A stretch of 64,000 bases of DNA, taken from positions 60,303-124,302 of IMG/VR virus record IMGVR_UViG_3300011423_000006; one strand, 5' to 3'. Below are positions 18,061 through 26,303 of this stretch, in pieces. Source of the stretch: a virus (lineage: Duplodnaviria > Caudoviricetes). Within the stretch, counting starts at the first letter, position 1. Every line of letters starts with the position of its first letter. Position numbers and translations under genes: made by a program. The notes beneath the pieces were generated by a model. That model made no database searches and was not told the DNA's origin. It saw only the letters and a program-made list of their open reading frames with translations.

Positions 18061-20700
18061 ATGTTTTTAAATCGTTTTAAAAAATATGATTTTCCTTTGC
18101 TTGGGTATATTAAAATGCCCAAGATTGTCATTGATGAAAAGCAACGTAATCAATTAAATTTATCCCAAAACGCTACTCCCGATGACTATTTAAAAGCTCT
18201 TGTTCATAATGGTTTAAAAGAAAAAATTAGTAGTGGGAAAATTGCCGTCGCAGATTATCAAGAGTATAAAGACCGCGCAGACCATGAATTAAAAATTATT
18301 TGTGACTTGGGATTTGCAAGTTATATTTTGTTAGTTTACGAGATTTTGCGTTATTGTCGGGAAAACAATATTCTCAATTCTCCCTCGCGTGGGTCTGTGG
18401 GCGGGTCTTTATGTTGTTATTTAACACAAATTACTAAAATCGATCCGATTAAACATGGATTGTTGTTTTCTCGTTTTTTGAGTAGCGACCGCGCCGAAAA
18501 GAAAGAAATTAATGGCGAGATTTATATTAAATCAGATAGTTTGCCGGATATTGATTTGGATAGTGAGCACCGGGGCAAGCCTTTAGTTAAGGCTAAAATT
18601 GAGGCCATGTATCCCAAGCGAACAGTCGCTATTTCCAATGTTTCCACGTTAAGTTCCAAAGTTTTAATTAAAGAAGTTCTAAAAATTTATTGGGAATATT
18701 CAGAAACACAAGCCAAAGAAGTTTCTGACATGATCGATAAAACTTTCGGGAAGGTTTCTACTATCAAGAAATCTCTAGAAAATAATAAAATATTTCAAAA
18801 ATGGGCGGCGGATAAAAAAGAGATTATTGATATTTGTTGCAAGCTTCAAGATATGACGCGTCATAAAAGCGTTCATGCGGCGGGGGTCTTGTTGTGTGAA
18901 CGGCCTATTGAAGAAATGATTCCCGTCGAATTAGATAAAGACGGTAATCAAGTATGCGCCTATGATATGGATAGCGCCCAAATGTTGGGGATTAAAGTAG
19001 ATAATTTGGCGGTTATTACTTTGGATATTTGTCACGACTGTTTAACATTAATTGGAAAACCCATTGATTTTATAGATCAAATTGATGTTGAAGACCAAAG
19101 TATTTATGACTATTTATGTTCTAACGAGCATTATTACGGATTATTCCAAGTATCTGAGGGGGTGGGTAAACAAACACTTATTAAAATTCAACCTAAAAAT
19201 ATTGACAACATTATTGACTCGATTGCAATTGGCCGTCCGGGTTCATTAGCCTTCATTGATACGTATGTCAAGAAAAGCGCTGATTTATCAAAAATCGATC
19301 CTAGAGTAAGAGATTTATTAGAGGAAACTCGGGGTATCATTATTTATCAGGAAACGGTTATGAAATTAGCTATTAAAATGGCTGATTTTACCCCACAAGA
19401 AGCCGATAAATTGCGGAAAGGCATCGGGAAGAAGAAAAAAGAAATCATTCTTTCCATGAAGGAAAAATTTATTAATGGAGCCGTTAAAAATAAATATGAC
19501 GCCGAGTTTATTACTTGGTGTTGGTCTACGTTCGAAGCGAGCGCCGATTATTCATTTAATAAATCTCATTCAACGGGTTACGCGTACCTTACCGCGCTTT
19601 CTACTTATTTAAAAGCTAATCATACCAAAGAATACTTTCTTTCTTGTTTAAAGCATATCAAGGAGAACTCTAAGAAAAATACAGTAGAAGCGATTGCTTT
19701 AATTCAGTCAGAATTAGCGTTTTTTGGAATTGAGTTACTTCCGCCTCATATTCTTGATTCTGAACTTGATTTTACTATCGAAGGAAATAATATTCGATTT
19801 GGGTTGGGACAAATTAAAGGGATTGCCGAAAAATCCATAGAAAAACTAGATAAATTTCGAACCAAGTTTTTAAATAAACTTCAGGTTTTTGAAGCCGCAC
19901 AAGAAGCCGGGATTCCAATTTCTATTTTGAATAGTTTAATTTTAGTTGGAGCCCTAGAGAATAAATTTAGTAGTCGGAGTCGGGTTGTGCTAGAGGCTCA
20001 ATTATGGAACGTTCTTTCCGAGAAAGAAAAAAGATATGTGTTTGATAAGGATTTAGGAAAACAATTCGAATATGATGTTATTAGAATAGTAAAACATGTT
20101 CATGCTAACGGGCGCAACGAAAAAGACAAACCTATTATCAGGGATTCACGCATGGAAACGATTCGAACTAAATTTGCACCTTATAAGGCGATGTATGAAT
20201 TTAACAGAAAAAACGAAAAACTGGCTCGTTACTTTTTTGAATATTTATTACTTGGATATTCTTATTCAACAACTTTAAAAGATATTTATAGTAAATATGC
20301 CTCGGATTTAATTAATATTAGCGAAGTCAAGAATTGCTTTGAAAATGAGTATGTGCATTTTGCCGGGAGAGCTTTAGAAGTCAAAGAGGGAACTAGTAAA
20401 AACGAAAAGAAAACCAAATATCTCGCGTGCGATGTTCAAGATGAAACGGGCGTAACAACTGTTATGTTATTTAATGATAAAATAATAGAACACAAAGAAC
20501 AAAATGAACGCGCTGTAGAAAAAGACGATATTATTGTTGTGCGCGGAAAATGGATGGGAGATAAGGTATTTGCTGATAAAATTGGAATTCAGGACGTAGA
20601 AGTTTTCTTTAGAACCGCCGAAGTCACTAAACATTTAAAAGATCAAAAGAAATCAGTTGTTGCGGAAGCATTAAAGGCTGAAAATGCAGGAACTATATAA
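18061..20700 (+). CDS. dnaE: DNA polymerase III alpha catalytic core (no PHP domain)
   Basis: SRGSVGGSL, LPDIDLD, HAAGV, KVDNL, IIYQE, FNKSHS, RFGLGQIKGI, C-terminal OB fold. Confidence 0.95.
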   Translation: MFLNRFKKYDFPLLGYIKMPKIVIDEKQRNQLNLSQNATPDDYLKALVHNGLKEKISSGKIAVADYQEYKDRADHELKIICDLGFASYILLVYEILRYCRENNILNSPSRGSVGGSLCCYLTQITKIDPIKHGLLFSRFLSSDRAEKKEINGEIYIKSDSLPDIDLDSEHRGKPLVKAKIEAMYPKRTVAISNVSTLSSKVLIKEVLKIYWEYSETQAKEVSDMIDKTFGKVSTIKKSLENNKIFQKWAADKKEIIDICCKLQDMTRHKSVHAAGVLLCERPIEEMIPVELDKDGNQVCAYDMDSAQMLGIKVDNLAVITLDICHDCLTLIGKPIDFIDQIDVEDQSIYDYLCSNEHYYGLFQVSEGVGKQTLIKIQPKNIDNIIDSIAIGRPGSLAFIDTYVKKSADLSKIDPRVRDLLEETRGIIIYQETVMKLAIKMADFTPQEADKLRKGIGKKKKEIILSMKEKFINGAVKNKYDAEFITWCWSTFEASADYSFNKSHSTGYAYLTALSTYLKANHTKEYFLSCLKHIKENSKKNTVEAIALIQSELAFFGIELLPPHILDSELDFTIEGNNIRFGLGQIKGIAEKSIEKLDKFRTKFLNKLQVFEAAQEAGIPISILNSLILVGALENKFSSRSRVVLEAQLWNVLSEKEKRYVFDKDLGKQFEYDVIRIVKHVHANGRNEKDKPIIRDSRMETIRTKFAPYKAMYEFNRKNEKLARYFFEYLLLGYSYSTTLKDIYSKYASDLINISEVKNCFENEYVHFAGRALEVKEGTSKNEKKTKYLACDVQDETGVTTVMLFNDKIIEHKEQNERAVEKDDIIVVRGKWMGDKVFADKIGIQDVEVFFRTAEVTKHLKDQKKSVVAEALKAENAGTI

Positions 20701-21403
20701 ACTATATAATCAGGATTTTTTAATTGGAGCGGAGTTGTTGGATGATGAGTCTATTAACTTAATTGTAACAAGTCCCCCCTATAAAGACTCGGATGGATTT
20801 TCTTATCCTTGGATGCGAAAGATATGGGTAGAAATGAGACGGCTTTTATCAAAGGACGGTTTAATATTTTTGAATTTTGGTCATTTAGCTGAAGATAAAT
20901 TTCGGCCTTTTAAAGTGTGTGAACAAGCTTTGGAATTGGGATTTCAACTTAACGAAACAATTACATGGAAGAAAAATCATTATCGACCGATTCAGGGCAA
21001 GAAAAGACTGAATAATTTAACTGAGTTTATTTTTGTTTTACATAAGGGAAAAATGAGGGATTTGGACCGATTAGCCATTGGAGTTCCTTATAAAGATAAA
21101 AGTAATGTTAAAAGATTCGCTAATGGACGAGATTTAAAATGTCGTGGCAATCATTGGGAAATTAATTATGAAACTATTCAAAATAAAAAGGACAAACTTC
21201 ATAATGATCGATTTCCTTTAGAATTGCCTTTAAATTGTATTAAATTAGCGAATTTAAAAGAAGACGATACAATTTGTGATCCGTTTTTAGGAAGTGGCAC
21301 AACTGCTTGCGCCGCAAAGATTTGCAATAAAAAATTTATAGGGTTTGAAATCAATAACAAGAATTTTGAGATTGCTTTAAAAAGAATTCTTGACTTACCT
21401 TGA
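20684..21403 (+). CDS. DNA N4-cytosine/N6-adenine methyltransferase, beta class (no partner REase seen)
   Basis: VTSPPY catalytic motif precedes the DPFLGSGTT SAM-binding motif. Confidence 0.9.
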   Translation: MQELYKLYNQDFLIGAELLDDESINLIVTSPPYKDSDGFSYPWMRKIWVEMRRLLSKDGLIFLNFGHLAEDKFRPFKVCEQALELGFQLNETITWKKNHYRPIQGKKRLNNLTEFIFVLHKGKMRDLDRLAIGVPYKDKSNVKRFANGRDLKCRGNHWEINYETIQNKKDKLHNDRFPLELPLNCIKLANLKEDDTICDPFLGSGTTACAAKICNKKFIGFEINNKNFEIALKRILDLP

Positions 21404-21418
21404 GAATGTAGTTATTAT
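21390..21418 (+). promoter_or_regulatory. sigma70-type promoter
   Basis: TTGACT-N17-TATTAT, same hexamers as at 25445. Confidence 0.65.
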
Positions 21419-21429
21419 TAAAACAGAAT

Positions 21430-21603
21430 ATGAAACAAAAGCGAAATTATACCTTAAACCTGACCGAAGAAACAACTGGAGTTTTCCGTATTGTTTCGGC
21501 GGAAGTATTGCAGCCAATTAATCAACATCGTCAAGTTATGCGGCGTGTTGATGCGAGAGATTTAGCTCGCAAGATTAAACGCGGGAATGTAACAGCCAAG
21601 TAA
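21430..21603 (+). CDS. small basic hypothetical protein, 57 aa (absent from ORF track)
   Basis: ATG at 21430 to TAA at 21603, MKQKRNYTLNL...KRGNVTAK; fills the gap between a promoter and the next gene. Confidence 0.6.
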   Translation: MKQKRNYTLNLTEETTGVFRIVSAEVLQPINQHRQVMRRVDARDLARKIKRGNVTAK

Positions 21604-21611
21604 TTTTAAAT

Positions 21612-22223
21612 ATGCCATTGTCATTTTTTAGTCCAAAATCTACCGGAAAAGGCGCGGCCCTTTATGTTTCCTTTAATTCCAAGGATGCGGCCCTTTATTT
21701 TAAATTGATTTCCCAAACAGGATGGGACAACAACACGAAGCAAGGTTCTTTCAAAAACGGAACAATTATTAATGTAAAGTTTTCCTTGGATGAAATTGGA
21801 AGCTTTATTCATGCAATTCGTACCAAGAAAAAGGCAAATTTCTATCATTCCTTTGGAGAGGAAAATTGTAGCGGTAGTTTGAGTTATTATTTGATTAAGG
21901 CTCAAAAAGAAGGGGATACAGATAAAGACGGTTTTGGGATTCAAATTAAAAAGGGCGAATTGACTTATCAAGTTGGTTTAACGACCGGTTCGGCAGAAAA
22001 GTTAATGGAATATCTCAGGTTTGCTTTGGATCATATCTTTTCAGCTATTTACGCTGCTGATAAGAAGCAAGCCGAGGAATTTGCAAGGGCAAAAGAAGAA
22101 ACGGCGGCGGCTCCCAAGAAGCTCGCTGCTAAAAAGCTTACGAAAGCGGCTCCAGAACCAGAGCCCGAAGCAGAAGAAACGGAACAAGAGCCAGAGCAGG
22201 AAGAAGCGTCGGTTGATTTTTAA
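21612..22223 (+). CDS. probable single-stranded DNA-binding protein (PUR/Whirly/PC4-like) with acidic tail
   Basis: Two predicted beta-beta-beta-beta-alpha units, Lys/Ala linker, acidic tail ending EEASVDF; replication context. Confidence 0.5.
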   Translation: MPLSFFSPKSTGKGAALYVSFNSKDAALYFKLISQTGWDNNTKQGSFKNGTIINVKFSLDEIGSFIHAIRTKKKANFYHSFGEENCSGSLSYYLIKAQKEGDTDKDGFGIQIKKGELTYQVGLTTGSAEKLMEYLRFALDHIFSAIYAADKKQAEEFARAKEETAAAPKKLAAKKLTKAAPEPEPEAEETEQEPEQEEASVDF

Positions 22224-22270
22224 AATTTCTTTCTAAAGGAGAGTTCAGTCGATTCGTTGTTGCGTGAGTA

Positions 22271-22304
22271 AAGGCCGGTCTTAATTGACCGGCTTTTATT
22301 TTTG
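22271..22304 (+). terminator. Rho-independent terminator
   Basis: GCCGGTC-ttaatt-GACCGGC followed by TTTTATTTTTG. Confidence 0.85.
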
Positions 22305-22310
22305 TTTTTT

Positions 22311-22339
22311 TAGATTATTTATTAAAATAATCATATTAT
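22311..22339 (+). promoter_or_regulatory. sigma70-like promoter
   Basis: TAGATT-N17-TATTAT-N7-ATG; same design as 38054-38082. Confidence 0.5.
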
Positions 22340-22346
22340 ATAAAGG

Positions 22347-24257
22347 ATGCGAAAGAAAACAGTTGTCATAAATACAGACTTTCCTTTATTAAAGACGGGT
22401 TTAGGACGTAATGGGCGCGAATTGGCTAATTATCTATATAAAACCGGGAAATATAATATAGTCTATTACGCTTGCGGAACAACTTGGGACTCTCCCGATT
22501 ACGCTCGATTTCCGTATAAAATTGTTGGGGCATTGCCAAATACCCAACAGGAAATTGACCAGTTAGCTCGCGACCCCGGACAAGCAAGAGCAGCGTCTTA
22601 CGGCCTTTATTATATTGATCGGGTTATTCAAGATTTTAAACCTGATGTTTTAATTACTTCTAATGATAGTTGGGCAAGTCAGTCCTTTTTAGATAAAATG
22701 TGGTGGAATAAAATTCATGTTTTGCCTCATATTACTTTGGATTCTTTGCCGTTTTTGACAGACCAAGTAAAGTATATTCAAAATTCTAAACAATTCTTTG
22801 TATGGGCGGATTTTGCCGAAAAAGAAGCAAAACGACTTGGATTAAATCAAGTAAAAACTTTAAGTGGGATTGTTGATTCCAAACATTTTTGCAAACTAGA
22901 TAATTATAAAAAAAGAAGTTTACGCACTAAATTTAAACTTCCCGAAGATGCTTTGATTTGTGGCTTTGTATTTCGAAATCAATTGCGTAAAGAAGTTAAA
23001 CCCTTGATGGAAGGATTTAAACTACATCTAGATCAAGGACACAAAAAATCCTATTTACTTTTACATACTCATTTTACCGAGCCAATGGGGTGGGATATTC
23101 CAAGATTTTGTCAGGAATTAAAAATCGATCCACAATATGTATTAACTACTTATGTTTGCAAGCGTTGCCATAATTACGAAGTCAAACCATTTGTTGGCCA
23201 AGATATTAAATGTAATTGCTGTGGCGAGGAAAAAGGGCAAACAACTTGTAATGTAAGTAATGGAGTTACCGAGCCGGAACTTAACGAAGTTTATGGGTTG
23301 ATGGATTGTTACTGTCATTTATTGAATGCCGGGGGGCTTGAAATGCCATTGGTTGAATCGCTTTACGCCGAATTGCCTTTAGCTACCGTGGGCTATTCAT
23401 CGGGAGAAATGTTTACAGACCAAGCGTTTGTCTATCCGATTAAATTTACAACTACCGTCCAACATGGGACGCAATTCATTCGCGCCGTTCCTCAACCCGA
23501 GTCTGTTTGTAAATTTCTAAATAAAATTTTCGAAATGGACGAGCAAAAACGAGCCGAACTAGGACGACAAGGACGAGCATGGGCAACTAGTAAATTTTCT
23601 GTTGAAGTGATCGGGAAGCAATGGGAAGCTGTTATTGACGCCTTACCCGAGCATAATTGGGATTTTAATTTTACGATTCAGGCCAAAAACCCAAATGCGG
23701 TTATCCCTGAAATTTCCGATGATAGTTTATGGTTAATTACGTTATACAAGGAAATCTTGAATATGACCGTAGACGGGAATGATGACGGGCATAAATATTG
23801 GACGCAAAGACTAAAAAACGGCGAATCAAGACAAACCATTGACAATTATTTTAGACAAGTCGCGGCCCAAGAAAATGGTAAAAACCAACCAGTAGATTTT
23901 GGCGAAACATTAGATAAAAATGATAAAAAACGAGTTTTATGCGTTTTGCCCGAATCAATTGGAGATATTGTGTTAGCAACATCTTTATTTAAATCTATCC
24001 GAGAAAGATATCCGCGCCCGGAATGGACGTTTTATTTTGCTACCAAACCAGAATATTTTGAATTATTGGACGGTAATCCGTATCTTGATAAAGTAATTCC
24101 ATATCTCCCTCAAATGGATAATTTAGTGGCAATGGAGGGGCAAGGAGGCCACAAAGGATATTTTGACGTAGTTTATCCTATTCATGCGGGAACTCAGCGA
24201 TTTTTGAACTATTTACATAATGGGACAGATAAACACGATTTACAATTAACTTATTAA
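22347..24257 (+). CDS. multidomain glycosyltransferase: GT4 with Cys-rich insert, DUF4214-like helical module, GT9 N-terminal lobe
   Basis: TGLGRNGRE, FRNQLRKE, GGLEMPLVE; CKRC...CNCC; LYKEIL..DDGHKYW; ESIGDIVLAT...NPYLDKVI. Confidence 0.8.
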   Translation: MRKKTVVINTDFPLLKTGLGRNGRELANYLYKTGKYNIVYYACGTTWDSPDYARFPYKIVGALPNTQQEIDQLARDPGQARAASYGLYYIDRVIQDFKPDVLITSNDSWASQSFLDKMWWNKIHVLPHITLDSLPFLTDQVKYIQNSKQFFVWADFAEKEAKRLGLNQVKTLSGIVDSKHFCKLDNYKKRSLRTKFKLPEDALICGFVFRNQLRKEVKPLMEGFKLHLDQGHKKSYLLLHTHFTEPMGWDIPRFCQELKIDPQYVLTTYVCKRCHNYEVKPFVGQDIKCNCCGEEKGQTTCNVSNGVTEPELNEVYGLMDCYCHLLNAGGLEMPLVESLYAELPLATVGYSSGEMFTDQAFVYPIKFTTTVQHGTQFIRAVPQPESVCKFLNKIFEMDEQKRAELGRQGRAWATSKFSVEVIGKQWEAVIDALPEHNWDFNFTIQAKNPNAVIPEISDDSLWLITLYKEILNMTVDGNDDGHKYWTQRLKNGESRQTIDNYFRQVAAQENGKNQPVDFGETLDKNDKKRVLCVLPESIGDIVLATSLFKSIRERYPRPEWTFYFATKPEYFELLDGNPYLDKVIPYLPQMDNLVAMEGQGGHKGYFDVVYPIHAGTQRFLNYLHNGTDKHDLQLTY

Positions 24258-24263
24258 AATATT

Positions 24264-25448
24264 ATGCATTTGGTAGAACGCTATTCGTTAGATTCTTCTT
24301 CTAAAATTGATAAACCATTTATTTATCAAAAATTTTATCCTTTGGTTGTAGATAAATTCATTACTTTTCAGCCGGTTTCTAAATATGGGTCTAAAAATTA
24401 CGATTATTGGGCCGATGTATTATTTATTTTAGAGCCAATTTTAAAGAAAAGCGGCATTCAGATCGTCCAAATTGGAGGCCCTAACGAAAAAGGATTCGAT
24501 GGGATTTATCAAACCCAAGGACAAACCAATTTAGGTCAAGTTAGCTATATAATAGACAAGGGGCTGTTGCATTTGGGGGCCGATTCGTTCGGAACTCATA
24601 TGGCAAGTTATTTAGATAAAAAAATTGTTACTATTTATTCTAATAACTTTGTTGAATGTGTTAAGCCTTATTGGGGCGATGCAAATAATCATATTTTGCT
24701 AGAGCCCGAACGTAATGGCCAAAAGCCAAGTTTTTCCGCCGAAGAAAATCCTAAAACAATTAATACAATCAAACCCGAAAAAATAGCCGAAGCAGTTTGT
24801 AAATTGCTTAACTTGGATTATGATTACCCCTTTGAAACGGTATATCACGGAGCCTTTTTTACTCAACCCAAGATGTTAGAAATGGTTCCTGATTTTGCCG
24901 TCAATGTATCTAATTTAGGGGTCGATACAATTATTGCTAGAATGGATTTTAATTTTGACGAAACTATTTTGGCTAATCAATTAAGAGCTTCTAATTGCGT
25001 CGTGGTTACAGACCGGCCTATTTCTGAGTCCTTGATTTTACAATTTCGCGATAGAATTAAGCAAGTTGTTTACGATATCAAAGAAAATAATGATCCAAAA
25101 TTTGCAATGTTTTTGAATAAAATGGGTATTAATTTCGGATTAATCAGCACGTTACCCGAAGAAACATTGAATAAATTTAAATTAGATTATTTGGATATTG
25201 GTTTGATTCATAGAAAAGATGTTCCTCAAAAAATTGAGCATACTACTTTTAGTCATTTGAATATCAAGGACTTATATTATCGAACTAATAAAGTTACATT
25301 GGGGCGTCAAAAAATTTATAATTCAAAAGCTGCATGGTTAACTAATGTGCCGAGCCCGAATTTTGTTCCCGCTTTTATGCCCGCCATTGATTCCCCGGCG
25401 TTTTTTGAAGAAATCGATTATTTATATATTGTTAAAATAAAGAATTGA
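24264..25448 (+). CDS. GT9 C-terminal lobe plus an unknown C-terminal domain
   Basis: MHLVERY start, KNYDYW, IVQIGG, LHLGADSFGTHMA. Confidence 0.72.
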   Translation: MHLVERYSLDSSSKIDKPFIYQKFYPLVVDKFITFQPVSKYGSKNYDYWADVLFILEPILKKSGIQIVQIGGPNEKGFDGIYQTQGQTNLGQVSYIIDKGLLHLGADSFGTHMASYLDKKIVTIYSNNFVECVKPYWGDANNHILLEPERNGQKPSFSAEENPKTINTIKPEKIAEAVCKLLNLDYDYPFETVYHGAFFTQPKMLEMVPDFAVNVSNLGVDTIIARMDFNFDETILANQLRASNCVVVTDRPISESLILQFRDRIKQVVYDIKENNDPKFAMFLNKMGINFGLISTLPEETLNKFKLDYLDIGLIHRKDVPQKIEHTTFSHLNIKDLYYRTNKVTLGRQKIYNSKAAWLTNVPSPNFVPAFMPAIDSPAFFEEIDYLYIVKIKN

Positions 25449-25473
25449 CTTGGGTTTTAAAATAAGCTATTAT
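25445..25473 (+). promoter_or_regulatory. sigma70-type promoter
   Basis: TTGACT-N17-TATTAT upstream of ATG 25487. Confidence 0.65.
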
Positions 25474-25486
25474 TAAAATAGATTTT

Positions 25487-26236
25487 ATGGACAAACCTTT
25501 TGTGACGACATTGAATGAATTCGGGTTGGTTGCCGGTCAAACTTATATTTTTAAAGACGAGGGGCGGCGGGTTGATTGGCGAGCTATGATTCCTGCTGAA
25601 TATTTAGTTCCTAATAAACAAAATTTCGAAAAACGTGGCGAAAAAATCCCTCAAGATATCAAGGGAATTGCAGACAAGGATTTGCTGATTCTTTTAGATG
25701 GGATTAAATACGTTGCGGATTTACGCGGATTCGAATCTGTAACCTATAATTTCAATTCTAGCCCCGAGCATTGTACCGCAAGTTGCACTATTGTTTGGTC
25801 CCCTAATTTTGAAACGCGTAACCAAGCCAAGACCTTTACCGGCATGGGAGACGCTAATTTTAGTAATACTAATGGTTTTGGTTCTAAATTTTTAGGCCCC
25901 ATTGCGGAAAACAGAGCATTCGTGCGGGCGGTTAGAAATTTCTTGCGTATTCCAATTTTGGGTAAAGATGAAGTGGACGGAGTAACCGCTCAAGAACCAA
26001 CAGAAGATAGGTCTATTAATCAAGAAATTGCGAAAATGCAAAAAGAATTATCAAATTTAATGGCAACAAATTCCATTAATTTTGAAACAATTAAAAATAA
26101 ATTAGTAGAAGAAGGGGTTCCTCAAGCCGAAAGTTTTACTTCTGTAGAAGATTTTCCTAAAGCTATTTTGATTAGTCTCGTTCAACGTCTTCAAAAGGTG
26201 AAAAAGGTAAAAGCCAAAACTAAAGTTAGCGCTTAA
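25487..26236 (+). CDS. possible Rad52/Erf-like single-strand annealing protein
   Basis: Beta sheet, then FTGMGDA and the helix IAENRAFVRAVR, as in Rad52-fold annealases. Confidence 0.45.
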   Translation: MDKPFVTTLNEFGLVAGQTYIFKDEGRRVDWRAMIPAEYLVPNKQNFEKRGEKIPQDIKGIADKDLLILLDGIKYVADLRGFESVTYNFNSSPEHCTASCTIVWSPNFETRNQAKTFTGMGDANFSNTNGFGSKFLGPIAENRAFVRAVRNFLRIPILGKDEVDGVTAQEPTEDRSINQEIAKMQKELSNLMATNSINFETIKNKLVEEGVPQAESFTSVEDFPKAILISLVQRLQKVKKVKAKTKVSA

Positions 26237-26271
26237 TTTTCCGTGAGTCAGTAAATCAAAAACATATATAG

Positions 26272-26303
26272 TAGGCCGGGGCCATATCCCCGGCTTATTT
26301 TTT
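26272..26303. terminator. terminator between convergent transcription units
   Basis: GCCGGGG-ccatat-CCCCGGC followed by TTATTTTTT, where the + and - gene blocks meet. Confidence 0.8.

Noticed and set aside
16632-20700. Split intein or group I intron in dnaE
   Set aside because: No intein N-terminal Cys/Ser block or C-terminal His-Asn, and no non-coding gap
22224-26270. CGTGAGT shortly upstream of both GC-rich terminators (about 22263 and 26242) as an RNA element
   Set aside because: Only two short copies with no shared structure; insufficient support
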